The notes under the pieces: model-generated
Told to the model about the DNA's origin: nothing
What the model saw: only the letters and a program-made list of their open reading frames with translations
Database searches by the model: none
Program-made: the position numbers and the translations under genes
Shown here: piece after piece, positions 14,598 through 27,169 of the stretch
Layout of the letters: every line of letters begins with the position of its first letter
Numbering within the stretch: position 1 is the first letter of the stretch
NCBI RefSeq assembly: GCF_006345805.1
Contig: NC_043011.1
Span: 38,638,464 to 38,702,463 of the forward strand
Direction: 5' to 3'
Length of the DNA: 64,000 nucleotides
From: Octopus sinensis
Taxonomy: Eukaryota

Positions 14598-16601
14598 TTG
14601 AAAACAGATTGAAAGCAGTGAAAAGTCCCGCCTAAAAATAAAACTGTTGGAAATTGAAAAATGTCTGCAGCTCTCCCATGAAAAAGAAAGAGCAGACAAA
14701 GAAGCCTGGGCTATAGACAACATAAAATCTAACCCCAGAGCTTTCTACAGGTATGCCAAAGAAACAGCTACGGTGCACTGTAGAATAGGGCCACTCCTTG
14801 AAAAGGATGGCACACTTACAGGAAAACCAATGAGGGTAAGTGAAATACTGAATGAGCAATTCAAGAGTGTTTTCACTCCACCCCTTGGGCATCTCCAAAT
14901 CACCAATCCAACTGACTTCTTTACCACTGCAGATATAAAATCAGAGGCGGCGACGATAGATTACATCGATATAAAGGAAGACGATGTAATCAAGGCTATA
15001 GATGAAATGAAAACAAACTCAGCTACTGGCCCCGATGGATTCCCGGCAATCCTCCTAAAAGCATGTAAGAGAGTCCTAGCAAGACCACTGCAGTTCCTCT
15101 TTCAGAGCTTCCTTGCAGCTGGCAAACTGAAGGAAGGTAAAATATGCCCCATTCATAAAGGAGGTAGCAGAGCGGAGGCCAAGAACTACAGACCTATCTC
15201 TCTGACCTCACACATCAGCAAGGTCATGGAACGAATAGTCAGAAGGAAACTGATCACCTTCCTTGAAGAGAATGACTTGCTGCCCGACACCCAACATGGT
15301 TTCTGACCAGGGAGAAGCTGTTTAACTCAGCTCCTGCAGCACTATGACTGGGTGCTGAAACGGCTGCTCAACCACACAGATGTGGAAGTGATATATCTCG
15401 ACTTTGCAAAGGCCTTTGATAAAGTCGATCATGGAATGATATGTCACAAACTGCGTGATCTCAACATAGTTGGAAAACTGGGAGAATGGCTTCATGACGT
15501 TCTGAAAGATAGAAGTCCATTAACACGCAAATAGTGAGCGGTGTTCCGCAGGGCACTGTTCTGGGACCACTACTGTTCATAATGGCCCTCTCAGACATGC
15601 CCTCAGCCACGCAGAGTTTCACAGGCAATACAGAACCCTGAGGACACTAAACGCCTGCAATGTGAGCTGGACAAAATATACAAGTGGGCTGAAAAGAATA
15701 GCATGTAGTTCAATGCTGAAAAGTTTCAAGCTTTATACTATCAGCATGCAAAACTAAATGCAATACCCAATGAATACACTGGACCCGGAGGAATAGCAAT
15801 CCCAGAGGCACAATCAGTGCGTGACCTAGGTATTTACATGAGTGATGACGCAACCTTTCGTGTACATGTTGCTAAATTGGCAATGAAATGTAGACGACTG
15901 GCCGGATGGATCCTCAGAACCTTTAGAACAAGAGAACAAGAAACCATGATGGTCCTCTGGAGGACACTTGTCCTAAGCCACTTTGACTACTGCTCTCAGT
16001 TATGGTCACCATCCAGTGTCAAGTTGATCACAGAGCTCGAGGCGATCCAACGCAGCTACACGAAGAAGATAGCCTCTATGCAGAATGTAAGCTACTGGGA
16101 AAGACTCAAGAGATTAAAACTATATTCCTTGGAGCGCAGGCGGGAAAGATATGCCATAATATACATCTGGAAGATCCTGGAGGAACGTGTCCTAAACTTT
16201 GGCATCGAGAGTTACGCAAATGCCAGAACTGGGCGCCACTGCGTGGTGCCTAGGACTCCAAGTTTGCCATCAAGATGTAGGACAAGATTCTGTGATAGCC
16301 TGGGCTTCCGTGGCCCACAGCTCTTCAATATCCTCCCGAAGAACCTGAGAGACCTGCATGGGGTGGATGCAGATGTCTTTAAAATGAAACTGGATCTCTT
16401 CCTGTCAGGTGTCCCAGATGAACCAACTTCACGGCAGGAGGTGCAGATGAGGGCAGCTGCATCGAACTCTCTCATGCACCAAATGGCAGTTGCTAAAAAG
16501 CTTTCGTGAAGTAAAACCAAGTAGCAACACCAAATGGCGGTGCCCCAGCATGGCCACAGCTCATAAGCTGAAACTAGAATCAATCAATCAATCAATCAAT
16601 C
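14598..16601 (+). mobile_element. 5'-truncated CR1/L2-group LINE, decayed
   Basis: RT motifs ATGPDGFPA, NYRPISLTS, QHGF, YLDFAKAFDKVDH and GVPQGTVLGPLLF; C-terminal SLERRRERY..IWKIL and GPQLFNILP. Stops, frameshifts and loss of YADD. (AATC)n tail. Confidence 0.9.
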
Positions 16602-16610
16602 ATATACATG

Positions 16611-16646
<36 letters not shown>

Positions 16647-16793
16647 CATATATATATATATATAGTAGTAGTAGTAGTAGTAATAGAAAGAAGTTCGAAT
16701 TTCGATTATCCCCACGTGGTGAATTATAATATATGTAAGAAATTAAAAAACGAAAATACGTTCACTTTACATAGTCTTAATATAATTTTTACT

Positions 16794-16828
16794 ATATCGA
16801 CCGGTTTCGCTATCACTATTCATGATAT
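16794..16828 (-). ncRNA. Degenerate hammerhead motif downstream of the Penelope fragment
   Basis: atatc-ATGAATA-gtgatagc-GAAA-ccgg-TC-gatat. Perfect 5-bp stem I, palindromic ACCGGT stem III and GUC site; CUGANGA is mutated. Confidence 0.45.
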
Positions 16829-17117
16829 TATGTTTTACTTATTTGAATATGAATTTTCTTAAGAAGTAATTTTGTCCATATTGTGTATGATGATATTTAC
16901 GAGTGAATGACTTTAAAAGTAGAAATATAAGGGGAGGCAATTGGTTATCGTTATTATTGTTATTGTTGTGGGCAAGGGAGATAACTGTTCAACTTTCGGT
17001 AAAGCGAAGGGAATATATATGTACAGACAAAAAAGGTTTCGAAAAGCTTGTTTAGTGAGGGGATTTATGTACAGTGATGTAATCGTGAATTGAAATATGT
17101 AAAAAGATAAAAGTTGG

Positions 17118-17395
17118 TTATGCGTGCATATTAAGAGGTGTTCTGTATTTTTCAATGAAAAGAGTTTCTTTATTTAAACGTTTTTGTGGAGATATTGTGT
17201 CTTTGCACTGGTAGAAGAGGAAGACTGTGAAATTTTCGATATGTTCACTGAGAGGAATTTGCCTGTATTGCGGGCAACGGATTTGTTCTCTATGTAGTGT
17301 AGTTCTCTTTCTCAATGTCATACTCGTCTGTCCAATATAGTTGTGTCCGCAACCAGAGCAGGATATTACATAAATTAGGTTCTCAGAGGCACATG
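17118..17395 (-). pseudogene. Penelope-like element GIY-YIG endonuclease fragment
   Basis: The frame extends upstream of the listed ORF: CASENLIYVISCSGCGHNYIGQTSMTLRKRTTLHREQ..SEH..KETLFIEKYRTPLN. This is the PLE-type xIY-CxxC-YIG signature. Confidence 0.85.
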
Positions 17396-18586
17396 GGTCT
17401 TGATCATTGGAAACAAAGTAGTTATATTGATGTTACTAAACATTCAAGTCATTACTCTGTTTAATGCACTTTCAAGATCCACCATCTTTGACCATCGTGG
17501 ATTATGGTAACTGTCGACATACTTTTATAGAACAAATAAATTTATTGTTGTGGAATGAACTGCCACCCCCGCCCCACCTGACATTCGGTGGACTGGAAGA
17601 GCCTTATAAACAGATGAGCCAGCAGACAGTTGAGGTCGAACAGTGTGACCGTTAGTCTTTACTATTGATGCTGCTTTGGAGCATTAGGCTGTTATTGTAC
17701 GAATGGTTATAAGATAACCAATTCTTGTTACAGTGCTTATTGTTATACGGTTATATTTGGTACTGTGATATATTGTTACATACATATCATATTTTGTCAC
17801 TGGCGATATAACATTTTAATTCATCAAATATAATAAATGAATACGCCCACTGACAAATTAATCCGCAATTTTAGAACTTATAAAATTACCGAGCAGAACG
17901 CTGCAAGGTTGCAGTTTTAATACGATAAATGTAAAGAGGTCAATGTTCGCCTTAGAAGCGCTGAAATGTGTATTGTGAGATACAAATAAGATAATAATAT
18001 TTTTTTAAACGCACAAACGCTAATAGGACAACAGAGACAGGAAACAAAATCCATAAAAAGGGGGGAAATATACCAAAGTGTAATTAAAACGATGTGAGTT
18101 CGATTCTCATGGCTGGTTGCTGACATATTTTCCCGCTTTATATAGATATTTTATCCTGTCCCTGCTGTTCTATCAGCGTTTGTGCGTTTTAAAATATATT
18201 ATCATCTTATTTGTATCTCACAATACACATTTCAGCGCTTCTAAGGCGAACAAAGCCAGCAATTTTAAGGGGTAGCAAAGTCGATTACATCAACCCCAGT
18301 AGTCGTCTTGTAATCAATTTACTACAAGATCTCTCTTGAAGGACACATTGAATAACATAGTCCTATATACACTATTCCTGAAAACAAACAGTGTGTAATT
18401 ACCATTGAACATATATTTGATATGCAGTTTCATTTTCGAGAATATAACACCAAGATATTTTCCCAAAGACATTAAAACCTGATTTTGCTGTATTGCATCA
18501 CCTACTTCGGAAGCAGCCACAGAAAAGGATCTGTAAGTTGTTTTGAAATCTATTAACGTATTAATCATTCATTGTTGCTGCTGTTG

Positions 18587-18621
<35 letters not shown>

Positions 18622-18792
18622 TACGTTAGTAAAACAACGCAGCTAGACTTTGCTGTTTAACCCACATGAAGATAACGATATGCTGGCTAGAGACATATAA
18701 ACCAAAAGTGAAATATTGATTTATATTGTGTGTGTGTGTATGTGCGCGTATGTATGTATGTATATGCATATACAGATAGACACATATATATC

Positions 18793-18823
<31 letters not shown>

Positions 18824-19212
18824 GTTCTTTTATAAATATATATAAGTATGCATATGAATTAACAAAGAATAACAAAAAATACCATAACAAGAGACAAATT
18901 TAAAACTCTGCTACTAATTCTATTTCTAAAGTAACATTGAATCGATATGATTTTCCTATCTGACTTTACATTCAATTAAAAACAAATTTACAAATTAAGA
19001 AATATTAAAACTAATTAACTTTAAATTTTCATATAAATTTCCATTAATGAGAGAATATTAAAACAAGACAGTAGACATTAAAATGATGAATCAGTTTACG
19101 ATTGCAGATCACCAGTTTCTAGTGTTCTCAAAAGTGAAAATGCTATGGATTGTAATTTATAGCATGTAGACTTTATTTACGTATTTATTTATTTTCTGTT
19201 CTCTTCTTCTAT

Positions 19213-19291
19213 TCTTATACTTGTTTCAGTTATTAGACAGCGGCCACGCTGGAGCACAGAATTTTTAATAGAATGAATCAACCCCCAGAGC

Positions 19292-19324
<33 letters not shown>

Positions 19325-19642
19325 GTTTCATTTTAAGCTTTGTACTTATTCTATCGACCTCTTCTGCCGAACTGCTAATATACCGGGACGTTTGTCAATC
19401 GATGGTTGTGTACAAACACAAACACACACATACACACACACACATACACACATACATACATACATACATACATATAGACGATGGGGTTCTTTCAGTGTCC
19501 GTCTACCAAATCCACTCCCACGGCTTTGGTCGACCCGAGACTATAACAGAAGTCACTTGCCCAACGCACCATACAGTGGGACTGAACCCAGAACCATGGA
19601 GTTGGGAAGCAAACTTCTTGCCACACAACCACGCCTGCACCT
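19213..19642 (-). mobile_element. SINE-A copy (diverged)
   Basis: Homology to other SINE-A copies; internal (CA/TACA)n. Confidence 0.8.
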
Positions 19643-20094
19643 ACAATTTTTTTTTTTGTTTCTATATTGGCTTTAAGTTACAGGAATCACTGGAACTTAA
19701 GATAAATGAAAATACAGTATTTTTTCCCTTGTTTATACACAACGCAAGAAATTTTGAAGCGAATGTAAATAGACAATGCGATTGGCCCTTGTACTTCCCA
19801 GATTCTTAATTGTATCAACCCTGAATGGATGTGCAAAGCGCATGGCCTTGTGGTTGGGGTGTTGTATTCAGGATTAATCATGACTCCGATTGCAGGATCC
19901 GAGCGGTGCGATATACTCTTTAGTAAACCACTTCATCTCATGTTGCTCCACAGAACACTCAGGCTGTGAATGAGTAACCATGCAATGAACTACCCTACCG
20001 CCGTTCAACGTTGAGATTTCGGTCACTTATGCCAAATAGAAAATGAATAGCCGGCTATATGATTCCAAGGGCTCGAGAGAGTAGTGTCCAGAGG

Positions 20095-20103
20095 AAGATG
20101 ATA

Positions 20104-20134
<31 letters not shown>

Positions 20135-20156
20135 GGAGGAGGAGGAGGAGGAGGAG

Positions 20157-20203
<47 letters not shown>

Positions 20204-20205
20204 TG
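20095..20205 (+). repeat. Compound trinucleotide microsatellite (GAT)n(GAG)n(GAC)n
   Basis: Direct reading; abuts a SINE-B fragment. Confidence 0.9.
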
Positions 20206-20763
20206 AGGGCAAATTGACCTCGGCGGGATTTGATCTCATAACATAAACCGCCTGAACAATTACCACAATGCATTATTTTTCTAACGCTCTAACAATTCAG
20301 CCGATGATCCACCGCCTATAATGCTTTCCGATTCAGGCCCAAGACCAACAATTTTCAAGAGAGTAAGTGCAGCAGATGCTATTGAATATATTTCGATGAC
20401 CCCCGAAAGGAAGAAAGACAGAAGTAACCTCGGCGAGATTTGAACTTCGTAATTAATGATCTGAAACAAATATTGCCAGACACATTTTGTCCGACGTTCT
20501 GACGACTCTGATATTTCACTTAAGAAAATAATAGTTTCTTTTTCAGGCTCAAAGTCAATAGTCCTGAGTGTGGGAGATTAGTCGACGTTCCGACTCCAAA
20601 ATTTGACTAACTTTTTATTTGATCAACTTCAAAATGATAATAAGCAAGGTTGATCACAGCGAAATTTGATCTCATAACTTAAAAAACTTGAACAAACAGT
20701 ATGGGACAGGAGAGTTTTCGAACACTCTATCGATACTACCAGCTTAACCTACTAACTACATTA

Positions 20764-20971
20764 TTCTTTTGTTCTTTTACTTGTTTCAGTCATTTGACTG
20801 CGGCCATGCTGGAGTACCGCCTTTAGTCAAAGAAATTGACGCCAGGACACATTCCTTGTAAGCCTAGTACTTATTCTATCGGTTGCTTTTGTCCAAACAC
20901 TATGTTACAGGACGTAAACACACCAACATCAGTTGTCAAGTGATGGTGGAAGGTCAAACAGAGACAAATAT

Positions 20972-21004
<33 letters not shown>

Positions 21005-21172
21005 AATGTATATATACGACGGGCTTCTTTCAGTTTCTGTCTACCAAATCCACCTACAAGGTATTGGTCGACCCGAGGCTATAGTAGAAGACACTTGCCC
21101 AAGGTGCCACGTAGTGAGACTGAACTCAGAACCATGTGATTGGTATGTAAGCTACTTACCACACAGCCATTC
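20764..21172 (-). mobile_element. SINE-A copy
   Basis: Homology to other SINE-A copies. Confidence 0.85.
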
Positions 21173-21555
21173 CGATGGCTTCTGATTTAGGCGCAAGATC
21201 AACAACTTTGAGTAAGGAAGCTAAATCGATACCAGATATTATAGTCCTGGACTAGTCTGTATTTTATTGATTCCAAAATAAAAGCAGACTTAAGCACAGC
21301 GCAATTCAAATTCACATTCAAGAAAATAGTGCTTTCTAATTTTGGCGTAAAGCAAGCAGTATTAGAATAGGGGTAGGTCGGTTATATTGATTCCAATTTT
21401 TGGTTCGTACTTTCTTTTATCGACCCTAAAAGGATGAAAGATAAAGTTGGTCTCAGCGGGATTTGTAGGCACGATATAATGAGCAGTAGGAAATGAGGTT
21501 AAGCATTTTGTCCAAATACTAAAACACAGACAGGTTCCCGCCTTAATAATCTCAT

Positions 21556-21960
21556 TTACTCTTTTACTCTTTTACTTGTTTCAGTCACTTGACTGCGGCC
21601 ATGCTGGAGCACCGCCTTTAATCGAGCAACTCGACCCCGGGACTTATTCTTTTGTAAGCCCAGTACTTATTGTATCGGTCTCTTTTGCCGAACCGCTAAG
21701 TAACGGGGACATAAACACACCAGCATCGGTTGTCAAGCAATGCTAGGGGGACAAACACAGACACACAAACACACACACGCATATATATATATACATATAT
21801 ACGACAGGCTTCTTTCAGTTTCCGTCTACCAAATCCACTCACAAGGCTTTGGTCGGCCCGAGGCTATGGTAGAAGACACTTGCCCAAGGTGCCACGCAGT
21901 GGGACTGAACCCGGAACCATGAGGTTGATAAACAAGCTACTTACCACACAGCCATTCGTG
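21556..21960 (-). mobile_element. SINE-A copy, well conserved
   Basis: Near-identical to 31004-31421; (AAAAGAGT)n tail. Confidence 0.9.
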
Positions 21961-22117
21961 CAGGAGTGGCTGCGTAATAAGAAGCTTGCTTCCAAACCGC
22001 ATGGCTCCGGGTTCAGTCCCACTGCGTGGAACCTTGGGCAAGTGTCTTCTACTATAGCTTTGAGTGGAGCACAAGCCTTGTGATAGGATTTGGTAGGCGG
22101 AAAATGAAAGAAGACCT
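21959..22117 (+). mobile_element. SINE-A 5' half, head-to-head with the previous copy
   Basis: tgcaggagtggctgcgtaataag..gggttcagtcccactgcgtgg..ttgggcaagtgtcttctactatagc. Confidence 0.8.
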
Positions 22118-22282
22118 CCGTGTCATCCCAAGCAGCATTTGAACTCAAAACCTAGAAACGGGCGTAATGTCACTAAGCATATTGGCATCCGCACCTAAAT
22201 ATTCAAGAAAATAATGACTGCAATAATTGTACGACGGTAATGTATTCATTCTTACAACGCTTTGGCATACTTGAACGTGAAT

Positions 22283-22306
22283 AAGAATATATATATGTGT
22301 GTATAT

Positions 22307-22351
<45 letters not shown>

Positions 22352-22386
22352 GTGTATATATATGTGTATATATATATATGTGTGTG

Positions 22387-22427
<41 letters not shown>

Positions 22428-22484
22428 ATATATATATATGTATATATATGTATATATATATATGTATATAAATATATATGTATC

Positions 22485-22536
<52 letters not shown>

Positions 22537-22590
22537 CATGTATATATACATATATATATATATACATATACACGTATATATATGCCTATA
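22283..22590. repeat. Long imperfect (TA)n/(TG)n microsatellite
   Basis: Direct reading; source of the spurious YI-repeat ORFs. Confidence 0.95.
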
Positions 22591-24008
22591 TATGACACAT
22601 CTTGGATTTTTGCTGTTTTGCGTGTAGCTCATGAATTATGGAACACTTTTATGAATACCTGCGAGCATTTCATGAATTATAAATGTGAAAATATTTTCGT
22701 GAGCCAATGAGTTCGCTCTCACTGCAAAAAAGAGCAACTAAAGCTCGCTGAAGTTTCAATTGTGTTTAAAATAGAATGACGTGTTTAATAATGTGCTCCT
22801 GAGTTTACTATACCCATGAAACGAACAAGATAGTCACGGATGGAATGTGGTGCTGAATGCAGAGCATAGGCCTGCACGATCGGCACTAACTAGAGATTAA
22901 CAGTACTGATAAGGGTTTCTAACTTTGGTACAAGGAAGTCGATCGCATCATCCCCGGTGTTCAAGTGGTACTTATTTTATCGATCCCGAAAGAATAAAAG
23001 ACAAACTCGACACCTGCAGAATTTGACCTCAGAACGTAAGTTCGGATGAAATACCGTCACGCATTTCTCTCGATGTGTCAAACATTCTGCCAGTTCGCCG
23101 CTCTTAGTACGTTTTCTTATAGGTACGTGCCTCAGATGTTGGGTGAAATGAATAATAAATTACCTGAACCTCAGTATTCAACCGGTACTTATTTTATCGA
23201 AATGAAAGACCCGGGCAACTGTAGCGGAATTTGAGCACAGAAGGTAGAGACTGAACTAAACGTTTTGTTCAGCATGCTAACATTTCTGTCGGATCGCTGC
23301 CTTTCAGCAGCTGATAAATACAGCAATGTAGCTATTTCCTTACGGACTTTCAGGCAGAGACACATTTCCATAAGATGATCGATGAGTTTTAATATGGTTG
23401 TGAAGAATGGATAGCTCCTTTGTCATGTGGCTCCTGATTCTAACTCCAATAGCACATCGACAATTGCAATCCCTGACAGCCATCCCACTGAAAACTATTC
23501 TTTAGATAGAATTAATTCACTGACAGGAGCAATATTAAGGCTATACTCAGAATGTTTGCAGTGAAGTAAAGTGGCATGGCAATGCATCCCTTTACTGACA
23601 TTTTGTGGATTGGATTGTTCTGCAAGTAAGATGTTGAGATGGCTGAATTGTTAGCACGCCGGCCAAAACGCTAAGTGGCATGATGTTCGTCTTTACGTTG
23701 TGGGGTCAAATTCCGCCGAGGTTTACTTTGTGTTTCAGCCTCTTAAGCTCGATAAAATAAGTATCATTCCAACAGGTTTGGTGGCGGGGAAGTGATGCGA
23801 TCGACATACCTCTTCCCAATACAAATTGTGCTGACCTTGTGGCAAAATTTAAAAACCATTCCGGGGTGTAAGAAGTCCGCTTCAGAGCCATGTGGTTTTG
23901 AGTACAGTGTCACCTGCTTTGTGACTTCTGCTCGAATCTTTTGCTGTAGTCTCGTGTACGCCAATGCTGTGTGAATGGCTTTGGTCGGCGGAAGCGTCGG
24001 CAGAATCT

Positions 24009-24247
24009 GGCGAGCTGGCAGAAACGTTAGCACGCCGGGCGAAATGCTTAGCGAAATGCCTAGATTCGTCTGCAGTTACATTCTGAGTTCAAATTCCGCT
24101 GAAGTCGATTTTGCCTTTCATTCTTTCGGAATCGATAAGTTAAGTACCAGTTGCTCACCGGGGTCGCTGTAATCAATTTAATCCGTTTGTCTGCCCTTGC
24201 TGGTCCTCTCTATGTTTATCCCTTTTGGGCAATAAAGAAATAAGAAA
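24009..24247 (+). mobile_element. SINE-B (tRNA-derived, Tx1-like tail) copy
   Basis: Head ggcgagctggcagaaacgttag, B-box gagttcaaattcc, tail ..ccccttttgggcaataaagaaata. Further fragments at ~22915-23310, ~23630-23830, ~20370-20500, ~11060-11220 and ~48870-49010. Confidence 0.85.
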
Positions 24248-24264
24248 CTTTGCGCAAGTCCGTC

Positions 24265-24355
<91 letters not shown>

Positions 24356-25616
24356 CAGACACACAGACAGACAAGTAATATTCGTAACCACTTTAAAAAC
24401 AGCATCTGTGTGTTCGCTTGAAATACATATGTATATATTGCGTGCAGAAGCGAGCTGCTATCATCTCTGGCAGATGAAGTGTCCAGTACTAGGTGTTTTC
24501 GCTCAATAATCAATCAGAATGCTCGGTCTGGGAATTGAAACCGCGATCCTACGACCGCGAGTCCGCTGCTCTAACCACTTGGCCATTGCTCCTCCACACA
24601 CACGCACACGCACACACACAAACACACAAAAGCACTATATTTTGTTGTATATATGTGAGAGGTGTGAGTGTCTTTTCTCACAGATTAACAACTGATGCTG
24701 GTATATATACCCGTAACTTAACTGTTGGACAAAACACCCGCATAGATTAAATACCAGACTTGCAAATGTGTACTGGGTGAGGTTCTCTCGATTTCATCAC
24801 TTAAAGAAAATGATTTGTTAACCCACCTGAAAACGAACACAGCATGTTTGAGTTGAATTACAGTAGTATGGCAATATATCTCTCCTTCTATACATTTTAT
24901 TGTTATTTTATTGCTTGCCACAGAGACTACTTTTGTAAAGAAAAAAAAGGCTTATACATAATCAGTAGATCAGATACAAATAACAGACAAATTTCAATAT
25001 AATCTTATCTAGAACCCAGTGGAGAATCAACTCCTGAATAAGCAAAGAAAATACAAGATGGTCACGGCTAGAACGCCTTTGGTCATAGATCTACATTATC
25101 AACGCTCACTTGAATCTAAACATTATCAATAACTCAACAACAAGAACTGCACCCACATTTAGTCTTACAGCCTTCCCTACTTTCCTGAAATAGCAAGCTA
25201 ATAAAATCCAACCTCAAATGAAGAACTGTATTTTTTTTTTTTTATTTCATATGAAGTCTAAATTGGTTTGACTGCATTAAACAGCGTGGCTTTCTTAGCG
25301 AGATTGGAGGGCAACAGTGATGTTTTCTGCTTCAGTACACGTCAATGCGCGTGCACATGTCCAGTAAGAAATTCTTGGAAATTGAGGCATCACAAGAATT
25401 CAGTAATCTATGCCACTAGCTATTTAGTTTCCTCCAAAGACGGAGATAAGAAATGGTTTCTGGTGTAAACGAGCCGATCACGTGAAAGCCAGCTGTTTAA
25501 ATATGCAAGGCAATCATTATGACAGTCGGCATAGAAATCTATTCGCTCACTAAAATCTGCCTGTGTTTGTCATGCGACCTGTATACATTTAGATATATAT
25601 ATGGTTGTTGTTGTTG

Positions 25617-25659
<43 letters not shown>

Positions 25660-25677
25660 TATTATTATTATTATTAT

Positions 25678-27107
25678 TCAGTAGTTTTATTTTTATAGCG
25701 TGCTTTCACTTCACTACCGAGCGCAGCTCTGTGCGCCTTGGGTATGTGCTGTGATTTGTTGTGATACTCTGATGGTTATTGTATGGAAAGTGTTCTGCGT
25801 AGGATGTGTGCAGTGCCTAGTAGTGCAATTTTCTGTATGTTATATGTGTTTGTAAGTCCTGGTGTTTTTGTTATGTATTTGTCTGAATATTTTTTTATCA
25901 TGCCTAATGCACCTACTATGATAGGAATTGTTTTGTTTTCAGATTCCACATTCTGGTTCCTCTATTTCCAGGTCTTTGTATTTTGAGAGATTCTCCATTT
26001 CTTTTAGAGACACGTTGTCATCTGCCGGTATTGATACATCAATTAGAAAGCATTTTTTTTCTTCATGATCTCTGACAACTATATCTGGTCTGTTGGCCTT
26101 AATTTCTCTATCTGTGTGTATCGGCATATCCCAGAGTATGGTTGCTTTCTCGTTTTCTGTGACCTTTTCTGGTGTGTGCCTATACCATCTTTTTTCTGTT
26201 GTTATTCCATAATGTTGGCATAGCTTCCAATGTATGTAGGTTCCAACTCTGTCATGTCTGTGAATATATTCCTTCTTAGCCAGGACTGGGCAGCTAGAGA
26301 TAATATGATTTATTGTTTCTTGTCCATCTCCACATATTCTGCAGTTACTTGTTATATTTCTTTTCATTACATGTTTTACGTAATTTCTGGTGGGGAGGCT
26401 TTGGTCTTGTGCTGCAATTAAAAATCCCTCTGTTTCTGCTTTGAGTCCTGAGCTTCTCAACCATTGCTGGGATTTTTCTTTGTCTATTTCTTTTGCGTTT
26501 AGTTTAGTCCAGTATTTACCATGAAGGAGCTTTTCTTGCCATCGTTTTATCATGGTTCGTTGCTGTTCTATTTTTAGTTTGGATTTCATTTGTTTTATAG
26601 CTTTTGTTGTTTCTTCATCTTCTTCTTCTTCTTCTTCTTCTTCTTCTTCTTCTTCTTCTTCTTCTTCTTCATATTTGTTAGGTGGTATGATTTCTTGTTT
26701 GTATTTGTCAGCTTCCTTAAATACTGAGAACAGTTTTTTGTTTTGCTCGTGTTTTGCCGCTATTTGTATCAGTTTTCCTTCCTTCTGAAGTAGATATATT
26801 TGCAGTCCTATGGTGGTTATTTTATAGTAATTTTCCAGTTGTATAAGGCCTCTATCACCTTCTATACGTTGTATATATAGTCTTTCTATGTCAGATTTTG
26901 GGTGATGCATCCTAGATCCTGTCATTATTTTTCTTGTTTTCCTATCTATATTTTGGTCAGTTCATTTCGTGTCCAGGATATTGTAGCTGTAACTTATAAC
27001 TGGGACAGCTAAAGTGTTAATACCTATTATCTTGTTTTTAGCATTGAGCTCTGTTTTTTAGTATTGAGCTCTGTTTTTAGTATTGAGCTCTGTTTTTAGT
27101 ATTTTAG
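25678..27107 (-). mobile_element. 5'-truncated R4/Dong-like LINE (second family)
   Basis: ORF 25939..26925: HPKSDIERLY, WLRSSGLKAETEGFLIAAQDQ, CRICG..ETINHIISSC, YIHRHDRVG, RPDIVV..LIDVSIP. (ATT)n on both flanks. Confidence 0.92.
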
Positions 27108-27168
<61 letters not shown>

Positions 27169-27169
27169 T

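Noticed and set aside
21900-21960. tRNA-like sequences at SINE heads
   Set aside because: A/B boxes only, no complete cloverleaf, and always fused to SINE bodies; not tRNA genes.
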